Below are positions 49,511 to 61,172 of a DNA stretch of 64,000 bases, one piece after another. The notes under the pieces are model-generated. The model saw only the letters and a program-made list of their open reading frames with translations, was not told the origin of the DNA and did no database searches. Source of the DNA: Massalongia carnosa (taxonomy: Eukaryota); the NCBI GenBank assembly GCA_965645245.1, contig OZ287073.1:2418001-2482000 (forward strand). The letters run 5' to 3'. Position 1 is the stretch's first letter; the number at the start of each line of letters is the position of its first letter. A program made the position numbers and the translations under genes.

Positions 49511-49885
49511 TCGTTGAGTCAAGGATTGCGTGGAATCAATACTCATTAACTTCAAGAGTTTCCGAAGGTTCTTTCCGTGTATTTTCAGTGCCCTTCACGA
49601 ACGTTAAATATGACTATCGAGAATGAAGTCTAATATCTACCTCTATCCCCTCCTTAAGTGGAACCATATCGGAGAACCTCATTTTGAAAATGTACCAGAT
49701 GTAATAAAAAGGGAAAGGAAAGATCTGCTTTAGGAAGACGCAGAGAAAATTGAATCGGTGGCTGCGAGAGGCAGATGTTTGGATATCTAATTTACATGGT
49801 TGAGAGACTCCCTTTATACATAAGTTTAGTAGACTAGCATGAGCCGCGCCTTACTTTACTGTACTGGTCGTGTGGCCTGGCCACA

Positions 49886-49990
49886 TTCACCTGGGGCCAA
49901 GATTGCCAGCTGAGCGCCGCTTTGTGAATGGGCCGCGTTCACCTGGGACCAATATTGCCACCTGAACGCCGCTTTGTGAATTGGCCGCGT
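49886..49990. repeat. 52-bp tandem duplication
   Basis: TTCACCTGGG.CCAA.ATTGCCA.CTGA.CGCCGCTTTGTGAAT.GGCCGCG x2. Confidence 0.9.
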
Positions 49991-50513
49991 GGGCTAACCG
50001 TGCGACCTGACCGTGCAAGTTGGGCTTCGCAGTGACCGCCACTCACGCTACGGCTATCCTACGCAATCACATCCTTTCAAAGGGTCCAGATTCCTCCAGA
50101 TTCCAAAGCTTGTGTCATTCATCACAGTGATTATAAAGACTCCCAGTATCCAAGAGCTTGCTGATTGAACTGTGAATGACAAATGATGTGGCGGTGAGCG
50201 ATGATTGAAGAATGGTACGTTGAGAAGGTGAGAGGATGACGAATCAGGGTGACGCATTTGTTACGAGTTATTGGAGCCTACAGCCCCCTCAAAGAATATG
50301 CAGTGCGCCTCGTTTGAGGGACTTGAAAAGAACATCCCTTTTTCCAGGGCCGTGAAGTCTACAAGCTCATTAGGGCCTATCATGGGTCTTTGGAGTCTAC
50401 GCCTTCGTCTTGACTTGCAACTCACGTTCTGACTTGGGCTTTGCAAGGCGCATCGTTCGAACCTTCAATTAGCTTATGTCGAAGGCTCTCATATCTTCTT
50501 TCAATTTCTAATA

Positions 50514-50789
50514 TATGAAAATTGTAGATTCACTTTGTAGGTATAATAGCATGATTGTCATTGAAGGTATGGATTATATGTGAGCTATCTACTCGTTATA
50601 TAGCGGTCACATTGAAGACTTTTCGGCGACCCCCTTTCATAGGGAGTCAGCTAGTCCACTAATTTTCGGTCCCCGAAGGTCATTTCGGCCCCCGTGGTAG
50701 GGTCGCCGAAGATAGGCACTAGATGGATGCCCATGATGGTAGTCCTTACCATCTAACACTTACCATCTAGCAGTCCTTACCATCTAACA
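50514..50789 (-). mobile_element. Solo LTR family D (TG...TA termini)
   Basis: Matches 60965-61172; TSD TAATA/CAATA; terminal CTTACCATCTA triplicated. Confidence 0.8.
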
Positions 50790-51518
50790 CAATAGGCTAG
50801 GGATCTTCCATGCATTCATACTTAATTGCTCAACTGAACGCCTTGCGGTGTGGATGAGTTATTATGTGAGCGTGGGACATTCTCCATCTAACGAGCTTTT
50901 TGCCAGGGGATCACCTCTCTGACGTCCCACCGCAGAGACGCTGGCAATGATTGTCAGTCCTGACGATAGGTCGGATGAAGCGGCATTTTGGATGATGACT
51001 GATTAAAGTCGATTACTACTTGCCTAATTTCTTTGAGTCGAGGGCATCGGTAGTGTGCATGTATATAGGAGAGGATTTCCAAGCATGAATGAAGGGCAAC
51101 AAAGATGACAGTTAAAACGCATGACAGCCCGCTTTGCTGTCATCTTATGACTGAGTTGATTGAAATTATAATTTTGATGCTGATATTCCTAGGCCTCATT
51201 CAGGGCTTTGGCCTCGTCGTTATGACTTCGAAAATTGTTGTTGCGATAGAGAATAAACATCGAATTGATGATCGTGCGCTTCTCTCAAGTCATCAAAGCT
51301 TTCGTATACTGAAAAAACTTTGCATCACTGAATGAAGCTGATTCACACTCGAACGATGCTTAAATGTTATTTTCAGTTATCAAGTTGAAGAGAACCTTCA
51401 CATTATCAAAGCGGAACCTGACGCCCTGCTTTCGAGCTCATGTCACTTATTCAACCTGGCTTCTCCTTAATTCTGGGTCTAAGGATGTAATTTAGAAACA
51501 TGTGCTTATCATTCATGA

Positions 51519-51689
51519 TGTGACGAAGCGAGATAGTGAATAGATTTATACCATTGCGCCACCTGTCCTTCCCGACCAAAGGAACAATACTTAGTCCGCA
51601 CACCAAGCTCTATTCTACTATAACTGGGGACTCCTGCTATGTTCGCTGTAGGTCCTGCCGTCCGCACCACGCTTGGTCGAACCGTTACA
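51519..51689. mobile_element. Solo LTR family A, copy 3
   Basis: TSD CATGA; homologous to 17039-17209. Confidence 0.93.
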
Positions 51690-52726
51690 CATGATGAGCA
51701 GGTTAGGTAAGTGGCCACGATCGTGTGCAGTTAAGTGTGTTGCAAGTAATATTCTGAGAATGAAAAAGAACATGACAAAAGAGATTTCTCGAAACGGCTG
51801 AGATTTCATGCTTGTAATAAAGTTGATTATCTGTAGTCGATCGTCTTATCCAAAATAAGATCATATACCCTCTTGACAGCTGTTCGGAATTTATCTATCT
51901 ATCGTTCTCGCAAGATATCAATATCATGATGTGTTGCTGCGCCTATCGCCTCTGTTAGATCTATGATCTATCAGAGAGGATTGTAATCGCACGTCGGAGA
52001 GAGTGACTTTATTTAATTGATCCACGGACTCCCTGCTTTAAATTGGCGTCAATTCAATGACATATTCTCGAAGTCCCCGAGTTGGCGCAAGGATTCGTGA
52101 CTTAGATAACGATAGCATTACTATTGTATTATGCTTCTTTTTTTTGTATTTGATATCTAACTGCTGCAATGAGGATGTTTTTATCAGACTTAACTTTCTT
52201 CATTTATGTCATGAAATAAAGTTTGAGTTAAAACCTAATTGATTACCCCGAACCGCCAAGCGGCGATCGAGGTAAAAGCCACCTGAAAGCCTATTCAGAT
52301 TCATCCTCGGTATGAGTCTGAATAAACCCCTTACTCCACTCCCCCAATCTCCTCACTCCACTATGCCCTCTTATCGCTAGAACGATCACATCCACTGGCC
52401 CACTTATCGCTCCACCTTATCGCCGCCACCATCACCCAAATCTCTCATCTAGGGTGAAGGTAAAACATGAGAAAGAAGGGGCTGGCTCAGGTATTAAAAG
52501 AGGACATATCCAGTAGATAGCTGACTCCTCGTCCGACGTCTTGTATAGCAAACCACCTCCTAGCTATAGCCTCATTAATAAAGACATCTTGATCATCCAA
52601 TCCAATTCCTAGGAACATTAGTTCAATTCCCAACCCAGTCCTTGACATTACGTCGGACCTGATCATTATAAGTGCCCTCCAAAGCATTTTTTCTTCGATC
52701 TATCTCCTCTCCTATAAGCCATCGTC

Positions 52727-54007
52727 ATGACTGATCAAATGGATACCGAATCAACTCAAACCGCCGCAGAATATCTTCAAGGACATATCAGCGACAACCC
52801 TCAAGGACTCTTTGATAGCATCGCTCGCATGCAAGCCGAGAATGCGGAACTTCATCGACGAATCGATGCTTTGTCGACTCAGGCTCCTGTCCCCACTCCC
52901 GTCCCCGCTCCCGCTATCAATCCCACCTTGGACTCTCAGCTGGCTAAGGTGATGAAGATCCTCTTAGCCAAGAAACCCGTCGATATCCGTTCCAAGAAGC
53001 TCCCTGACATCTCCGAATACGATGGTGAGGAAGCCAAATTGGACTCCTGGGAACAAAGCCTGATCCAACGAATGCATGTTAATCATGATCGTTATCCAAC
53101 CGACGTCGCCAAGATCGCCTATGCGGAGAACCGACTCACCATTGGGAAAAGAGCTCACAACCTCATGAACGCCTATCGATTAGACGGCATCTGCACGCTG
53201 AAGACCTTCTTCGAATGGCGTACCGCTCTTCGTAAGGCTTGCGGTAACCCCTTCGAGCAGGAAGATGCTCGCAAGTATCTTCGCGAAATCCTTAAACAGG
53301 GTACTCTGAGTTTCGAAGAATACTATAACCTATTCGCCCAGAAAAAGGATCGCTCCAAAATGGAGGATGCTTCTCTAATTGATGCCATGAAGTCCAAAAT
53401 CAACTATGTCATTCAAGCCGCCGCCGTCCACTATCGAGTCCCCGGAACCAACCTGGAGCCAGTCACCTTCGATCAACATGTCGCAATGTGGTTGAATACC
53501 GATCGGAAAATTCGCCAGATCAAACACCTGGCTCCCAACAACAGGACTATCCCGACATCCACAACCATCTCGTCTCAGCGAAAGGATAACGCGACTATCA
53601 CTCTCGCCGCACCCCTTGCTCGCACACCGGATATCCCTTCCGCACCAGTCCCAACTTCTTCTATCGGAGATCCCATGGACCTGAGCCAGGCTATGGCAGC
53701 CGTCAAAGGTAAATCTCTGAAAACGGAAGGGGTGAGGGATATCTGTGATAAATGGAATCTCTGCCATTATTGCAAGCAAAAACACCCGGGGAGACAGCCA
53801 TCGACTGTCCCAATAAGAAAACCAGTCTTCGCTCATCAGATACGACCTCCATTTCCGAGCACGAAGACTCGAAAAAAGCCTAGGTCCTGCGCATCGTCGC
53901 GTGCAGGAACCATTTCTCATTTCTTCTTGTCTGCTAGCCAATTATTTTTCTCCCCCCCTCCGATCAAACACTCGCTTTTCTGCAGCAACCGCTTTGGAGC
54001 AATTTGA
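52727..54007 (+). CDS. gag: Gypsy-3 gag (3' end probably frameshifted)
   Basis: 426-aa ORF; LKQG, DPMDLS, LCHYCKQKHPG. Confidence 0.85.
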   Translation: MTDQMDTESTQTAAEYLQGHISDNPQGLFDSIARMQAENAELHRRIDALSTQAPVPTPVPAPAINPTLDSQLAKVMKILLAKKPVDIRSKKLPDISEYDGEEAKLDSWEQSLIQRMHVNHDRYPTDVAKIAYAENRLTIGKRAHNLMNAYRLDGICTLKTFFEWRTALRKACGNPFEQEDARKYLREILKQGTLSFEEYYNLFAQKKDRSKMEDASLIDAMKSKINYVIQAAAVHYRVPGTNLEPVTFDQHVAMWLNTDRKIRQIKHLAPNNRTIPTSTTISSQRKDNATITLAAPLARTPDIPSAPVPTSSIGDPMDLSQAMAAVKGKSLKTEGVRDICDKWNLCHYCKQKHPGRQPSTVPIRKPVFAHQIRPPFPSTKTRKKPRSCASSRAGTISHFFLSASQLFFSPPPIKHSLFCSNRFGAI

Positions 54008-57000
54008 GTCTGAAGAGGCGTTTAGAGATAGCCACTTAGTGGTTTCATGTACTTTACGTCTCGGTAGATCTCGAATTCAAACTCTTAGTTTGATTGACTG
54101 TGGTGCATCCGGCTATGCATTCATTGACAAGAAATTCGCGCAAACTAATCAAATCCCTCTTCATCCTCTGAAATACGCTCGACGCCTCGAAGGTTTTGAC
54201 GGTCAACCGGCCCTGACTGGAAACATCACTCATGCGGCTGAAGTAATCATGGATCTAAACGGACACACGGAAAAAATGTTTCTCTTCGTAACTGGATTGA
54301 AAACATACCCCATTGTTCTCGGACACCCGTGGCTGCGTCGGCATCAAGCCCATATCAATTTCAACACCAACTCTCTATCATTGACGTCTCCTTTCTGCCT
54401 CGCTCACTGCTGTCCTCGTCCGGTCAAAGTACAAGCTCGTACTGAGGAAGAATTTCTTTCGCCTGCTGAAAGTCAGGAGGTGTGGAAATCCGAGGACATA
54501 AATCCAGCCTCAATTGAAACCTCAATTGAAACCTCAACAATAACAATCACGCCCGAAAACGTCGGCCAGGAGACCTCCGTGAAGGAGGAGATGAAAGACG
54601 TCAGTCGCATTGAAAAAGCGATTGAACAAGGCAACCCACCAAAAATTCGATACCGAAGCCCCTCCTCCAAATGAACTTCGGTCGAAAGACGCGCCGTTCA
54701 GCAAAAAATCAAACCCTCAGTCATGGACATCTGCGAGATAAGCGCCATGAACTTCAATTGTCTCGGACGCAAAGAAAACCACGAGATGTTTAGCCTCTCC
54801 TTGAAAGAAATCGATCGCTTCCTCGGAGTGACCCCAACCGAACCCAAAACCGAAATCCAATCCGCAACCGAATTCAGTCGCCATAGCAGTCTGAATAAAC
54901 CGAAACCAACCTATCAACCCAACCCGCGTCACAGTCCTAGTGAAAAGGAACTTCATCTAGCCCTGTTTCGCATGAACCAAGCCCTGACACTGCAGACATG
55001 AGTGACCACCCAAGAATTAGACGAATATCGCAAGCAGAAAAACGTCGATCCAGCCCTCCTCCTTCCCAAGCAATACCACGACCTATTGCACGCATTTTCC
55101 AAAAAAGACTCTGACGTCTTAGCCGATCATCGACCCTATGACCATGCCATCAAACTAAAAGAAGGCTTTCAGGCACCCAATCAAGCTCTTTACGGCATGA
55201 GCCGTGATGAGATTCAAGAACTTCGTCGCTATCTGGATGAGAACCTGGCTAAAGGTTTCATTCGAGCGAGCAAATCGCCCGCCGCGTCCCCGGTTATGTT
55301 CGAAAAAAATCCGGGAGGAGGACTTCGCTTTTGCGTGGACTATCGAGGTCTCAATGCAGTCACCGTAAAAAATCGATATCCACTTCCCCTGGTTCCTGAA
55401 ACCCTGCATCGATTAGCCAGGGCCAAGATATTCACCAAGTTAGATATCATTGCAGCCTTTAATCGCCTTCGAATCAAAGAGGGGGATGAGGAACTCACCG
55501 CCTTTCGAACTCGTTTCGGCCTATTCGAATCCCTGGTCTTGCCTTTCGGTCTGTGCAACGGACCCGCCTCTTTTCAACATTTCATCAACGATATTCTTCG
55601 AGAATTTCTTGACGATTTCTGTACAGCCTATCTCGATGATATCCTTATCTATAGTGAAATCGAAGGCGAACACGAGATCCATGTCAGAAGAGTTCTCAAC
55701 AAATTGATAGAAAACGGGCTACAATGCGACATCACCAAATCCAAATTCCATGTTAAAGAGGTTGCATATCTAGGATCAGTGTAGCGGGTGGTCATCCTGG
55801 CCGCTCCAAGTGTTATGAGTTGATGAGTCGATCGTACTGGTGGCCCAATATGCATCAAACCGTAAAAAGATTCATTTGCAACTGTCACACCTGTAAGCGA
55901 TCCAAACCGTCCCGTTAACGATATCAAGGCTAGCTGCGCCCTCTATCCCCGCCTGAACGTCGATGGCGTGATGTCTCTATGGACTATGTAGGACCACTGC
56001 CTCCTAGTACCTTCATGGGTGTCACCTATCGATATGTTCTGGTCTTCATCGACCGTCTCTCCAAGATGCGACACTTTGTCCCTACCACCTCCATGGAGGC
56101 AGAAGAAGCTGCCAACTCCTTCTATCAGAACGTGTGGAAATTACACGGACTCACCGACGCCTTGACTTCCGATCGAGGCACTCAGTTCACCTCCGACTTC
56201 TGGGAACTCATGTGTAAACGTCTTAAGATTGATGCTAGGTTATCAACCAGCTTTCACCCTGAAACCGACGGCCAAACCGAAAGGGCTAATGCGACCATGG
56301 AGCACTATCTTCGAGCCTATGTCAATTATATGCAAGACGACTGGGCTCAGTACTTACCAGGTGCTGAATTCGCTAGCAACAACACCGACTCCTCCAGTAT
56401 CCTCGCTTCTCCCTTCCTAGCCAATCACGGACAACATCCTCGAGTAGGATTCGAGCCCGAAGAACCTCTACCCCATGATCTGACCGCTCAAGGAAGAGCC
56501 AACCTAGTTGCCGCTAATCAGTTCGTGGATAAGATGAAGGATGTAGATACTCATCTTCATGACCAAATGTTAATCGCACAAGCCTCCTACGAAGCCACCG
56601 CTAACGAGAATCGTCGCCCATGCCCCCGCTATCTCGTGGATGATATGGTATGGTTAAATACTCGAAACATTCAGACAGCCCGACCGGCAGCCAAACTGAA
56701 TGATCGACACGCCGGCCCCTATAGGGTCACGAAAGTATTTTCCAATCCTCTTATCGTTCAGCCTGAACTTCCCGACACGCTACAAGTTCATCCCGTTTTT
56801 CATGTCAACCTTCTGCAGCACGATGCAGACGATCCTCTTCCTGGCCAACTTCACGAACCTCGAAACCCTATAGTCGGTACAGACGGTCAACGCGAGTGGT
56901 ATGTCAACAGTATTCTCAACTCAAAGACGGATCGACGTTATCAACCACCGCTCCTCAAATATCTTGTGAATTGGGAAGGACATCCTATGACATGGGAACC

Positions 57001-57118
57001 TTTTAACCTGCTAACCAATTGTCAGCAAGCAATCGATGAATTTCATGAAGCTTACCCTCATGCCATAGGGCCTCACATAATCCCTTGTCTCATTCCTCGA
57101 TGTCAGTGTCATGACTGA
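53901..57118 (+). pseudogene. pol: Gypsy-3 pol (PR, RT, IN, chromodomain), disrupted
   Basis: [27 protein letters not shown]; jumps at ~55775 to integrase GGHPG; HPETDGQTER; EWYVNSIL...YLVNWEG. Confidence 0.93.
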
Positions 57119-60100
57119 ACCAGCATCGCAGGAGCTCAGCCTTCGAAGGGGGAGCTACTGTCATGAAATAAAGTTTGAGTTAAAACCTAATTGATTACCC
57201 CGAACCGCCAAGCGGCGATCGAGGTAAAAGCCACCTGAAAGCCTATTCAGATTCATCCGCGGCATGAGTCTGAATAAACCCCTTACTCCACTCCACCAAT
57301 CTCCTCACTCCACTATACCCTCTTATCGCTAGAACGATCACATCCACTGGCCCACTTATCGCTCCACCTTATCGCCGCCACCATCACCAAAATCTCTCAT
57401 CTAGGGTGAAGGTAAAACATGAGAAAGAAGGGCTGGCTCAGGTATAAAAAGAGGACATATCCAGTAGATAGCTGACTCCTCGTCCGACATCTTGTATAGC
57501 AAACCACCTCCTAGCTATAGCCTCATTGATAAAGACATCTTGATCATCCAATCCAATTCCTAGGAACATTAGTTCAATTCCCAACCCAGTCCTTGACAAT
57601 TTAACTCGAATCCCCACCAATTTCACAACTGCAATAAGCGATCAGCATTGAAATTTTGAGTCTCAATCTTCTTTCTTTATGATACCTTAACATCATGATT
57701 CTAAGATCTAACTCAGACTCCTGATCGAGTTTTTATTATGTCTACCAGCCCGTCCGACAATAGTTATTCTGAAAAAATGCTTGGCGGGTTTAGACAAGTC
57801 TCTTCGGGCCGGGAAAGAAAGGGGGTTCATTAATCGGACTTGTTCTCTGTCGAAAGAATAATAAAAGAGATATTAATTTATCATTTCTTTTGAATTGATC
57901 TTTAAGGACTTTTTTAACCTTTTCTATTTTATTTATCTTTCTTTTATCTTTCTTTCTGTAATCTTTGTTTCTGTTTATCTTTTTACTCCTTTCTGCCTCT
58001 ATCACTCACTATCTTTTTTTTATTACGTGTGTGCAACCTATGGGTATGACTTGTTATTTAGAGGCTCTAGGGTGTATGTTAAAAGATGAATTGGTCTGTT
58101 CAAGAACTCCGTTTTCAATATAGGGGGATCCATTCCCCGAGTAGTAATATGGGTGGTTTCTAGGCTGTAGGCAAGATAGTCCGCTATCGTTTTCGATGTG
58201 ATGGAGAGTTGACGCCGCCCCGATTGTAATAAAAGTGGAGGCTATGCTAAAGTCGTGGCAATAGGCCTTTGTTTAAATCTTTAAAGTTAGTACTTCGGTG
58301 ATTGAAGTGATGATTTAGAAAAAAGAATAGATGAACATTCCGCGGTTGAACATGGGCAGGTTTTTATTCTGCATCGGTGGCCCTGTTTTGTTTATGTTCA
58401 ACTCTTTCCCGTCATGTTTTCTCATATCATTCTTTGGTGTCCTCTTTTTTCCCCTCAAGTGTAGACCTATTTTTAGCTCGGCGGGCAGATAATATAAATG
58501 ATTTATGAGTGTCGTATAACCCTTGTCAGAGATTTTCGAGATTTAATTTATGTGTTTCAGGAAACATATATATTATCACATATTCGATATTTGACTCCGA
58601 AGCCTAAACGACGTCAGTCGGCTCAGAGATGATCTGCTGAGGAAGGGGGTAATTGATCCCCACCAAGCATAAATCATGAAGTCTACCGCCATCTCCAAAA
58701 TCGTCCTCCTGTTGATCCTTCGTTTATCTATTAACAGAAATGCTCCCCTAGCTGTAGATCTGTGATGAGCAGATATTGGCCTCCACCTCCTTGAAGAGAG
58801 CGGAGTTAATAGCCAGCATCACGTAGAGATTTCTGCTCGTCGCTGGCTGATATTATCATTCACAACCTCCTGAATTGCAGCATTATTCACGTACAGGTAT
58901 TATAATAATATGATTGTCTGTCATCAAAGGTAATTATTTCTGTGGCTTATCCAGCTGCTTAAGTAGCATTCACTCTGTTGTGAAAAAGTAAGGAATAAGG
59001 ACGAATTCAAAAAGATATTCTAATCGCATCAAAGAACTTAGGGTAAGAATATTAGCCACCCGATCACTTCCGAACAATACTTTTAATAAGATGCATTGCC
59101 CATTGAAGCCTAAATAAGTGGTTTCCGCTACACAAGTGTCAATTCGTATAAATTTAAGCAGTGTTTCTCCAGGTAATTGCAGCTTGAGCTGAGTCATGAT
59201 TGAACTATCGATCAGGCAGCACTTTTCATAAAAGAAGCTACTACAGGCAGAATTCGGCGCTCAATGTCGAGAAGATAGGATATAATGTCGATATAAAGGG
59301 GTAACTTGCATCTAGTTTGAAGAAGCCATCCTTGCCGATTGAAGGTAGACTCGTGTGGTTATAGCCTGGCTGGATTGGTTTAGTGCAAACATATTTTGCT
59401 GAAGGAAGAGAGATATGATCGAATAATGTTGACCTGAGCTCCTTCAAGGTTCTCTAGACTTTAACTTATAAAGGGTAGTGTATACAGCCCGATGGGGGGG
59501 GAAATATGGAAGCTCATAGGCGATAGATTTGTCGAATTCAACGCGATCATGTTCTAACGATCATCTACTTTGAACTAATCAGCATTTCTTTGCTCAGTCC
59601 TTAGGCGCCGCTATCTTGAGCGCTCAAGTCCCGATCAGATTGAGCTCACCTATCTTAAATCTTGAAAGAATTGACGAATTTTGGTGAGGTAGCTTTGATG
59701 AATATGTAAGGCTCAGATGATAGCCGTGGCGAAGATCTCAATAAAGCATGACTCAATTTTAAAGGCTTGCAGCTCGCTGGGACCTAACCTGACGGGCTGT
59801 CACCATATCAGGACGGAATGCATACTAGGGCTGAAACTGATTTCGAGAAAGAGCCTGGTCCTCGTTAACACTTATTGTACCTCTGCCAAACCCTAGAGTT
59901 TAGGATGAATAGCAATGAATCGGTGGAGGTTATTTAAGGCTTGAGAGGAATAAATTTGAATCTAGTTGACGCTGTCTTTACCAACGCGAGGCGGATTTGC
60001 GCAAGGTTTTCGGGTTTTGATCGAATCGATTGATAGATGATAAGACATAACGAGTTCGGCATCAATGTGTTAGACAATATCTAGCACCTCCCAGTTTAGA

Positions 60101-60385
60101 TCAAGCAGCGCGGGTTGAACTCTAACTGCAGATGAGAAACTAGTCGAAGTATGTCAACTGGTGCTGTCTCAATCACGCCGACATTCGTATCTAATTGTAA
60201 TGATGAATGCAAAGTAAGTAAAAGGTCGAGAGATACATTGAGACAAAACCTAATATAAACATCCTCGGCAGAGTTTAGTTGTACAGAGACTAACATTAGT
60301 CCTTCGGCCGGTCGCTTTGCTGAGCCATCCGCTAGTCTACGCTTGATACACACTTTAAATCATTTACAGTTCAGATATCGGAACA

Positions 60386-60874
60386 TGTCACGGACAAGGT
60401 CCAGATAGGGAGATATGCAAGAGTTACTATTAGAAAGCTAGGTCTAGGGATAGTATACAAGACGTCCGACGAAGAGCTCCAAACACATGAGAAACCACAT
60501 AGGTTTTATAGCCATGGCTTCCAAATCCCCTATTCTTGACTTGCCCTCATCTCTATTCCTGTTCTAATTTCCTAACCATGATCGCTTTGACCTGTTCCGC
60601 CTTTCTCCATGCCGAAGCAATCTCTCTCTGCTGGGCAATCCCAGTCGTAGGCTTGGATAGTGGAGACGTTGAGATTGGATTCGGGATATAGGAGTTTGGG
60701 AGTGCACTGAAGGCAGCGGAAGAACGTCTGAACACATGGGGTGAGGTTTCAGGATAGTTCGGAATAACGGGCCACAGTTCCATTCAACATGTAGGGCAGG
60801 TTTCACGGCAAGAGAGCCTGTTAAATACTAACCCGATCAGGAAACGTGGGAGGGTGCGAGGTAATTCCATGACA
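60386..60874. mobile_element. Solo LTR family B, copy 2
   Basis: Near-identical to 17757-18245; no matching TSD. Confidence 0.92.
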
Positions 60875-60964
60875 CAGATAAGTGCTCGGTGGAAAAGGGG
60901 TCAGGAAAACAGCGTCAGTGGGTGTTCAGATTGCCGAAAGAAAAATGGAATAAAGAGATGATAC

Positions 60965-61172
60965 TATGAAATTATAGATTCACTTTGTAGGTATAATAGC
61001 ATGATTGTCATTGAAGGTGTGGATTATATGTGAGCTATCTGCTCATTATATAGCAATCACATTGAAGACTTTCCGGCGACCCCCTTTCATAGGGAGTCAG
61101 CTGGTCCACTGATTTTCGGTCCCCGGAGGTCACTTCGGCCCCTGTGGTAGGGTCACCGAAGATAGGCACTAG
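60965..61172 (-). mobile_element. Family D LTR, interrupted by Copia-3
   Basis: Matches 50514-50723 up to GGCACTAG, then the Copia-3 LTR starts. Confidence 0.85.

Larger units (their letters stand above)
52207..57598 (+). mobile_element. Ty3/Gypsy chromovirus (Gypsy-3) with internal deletion of RNase H
   Basis: LTRs 52207-52647 and 57159-57598; TSD ATTTA; PPT GAAGGGGGAG; gag, PR, RT, IN, chromodomain. Confidence 0.97.

Noticed and set aside
57600..60380. T-rich stretch and short ORFs as genes
   Set aside because: Low complexity or heavily interrupted, with no supportable product
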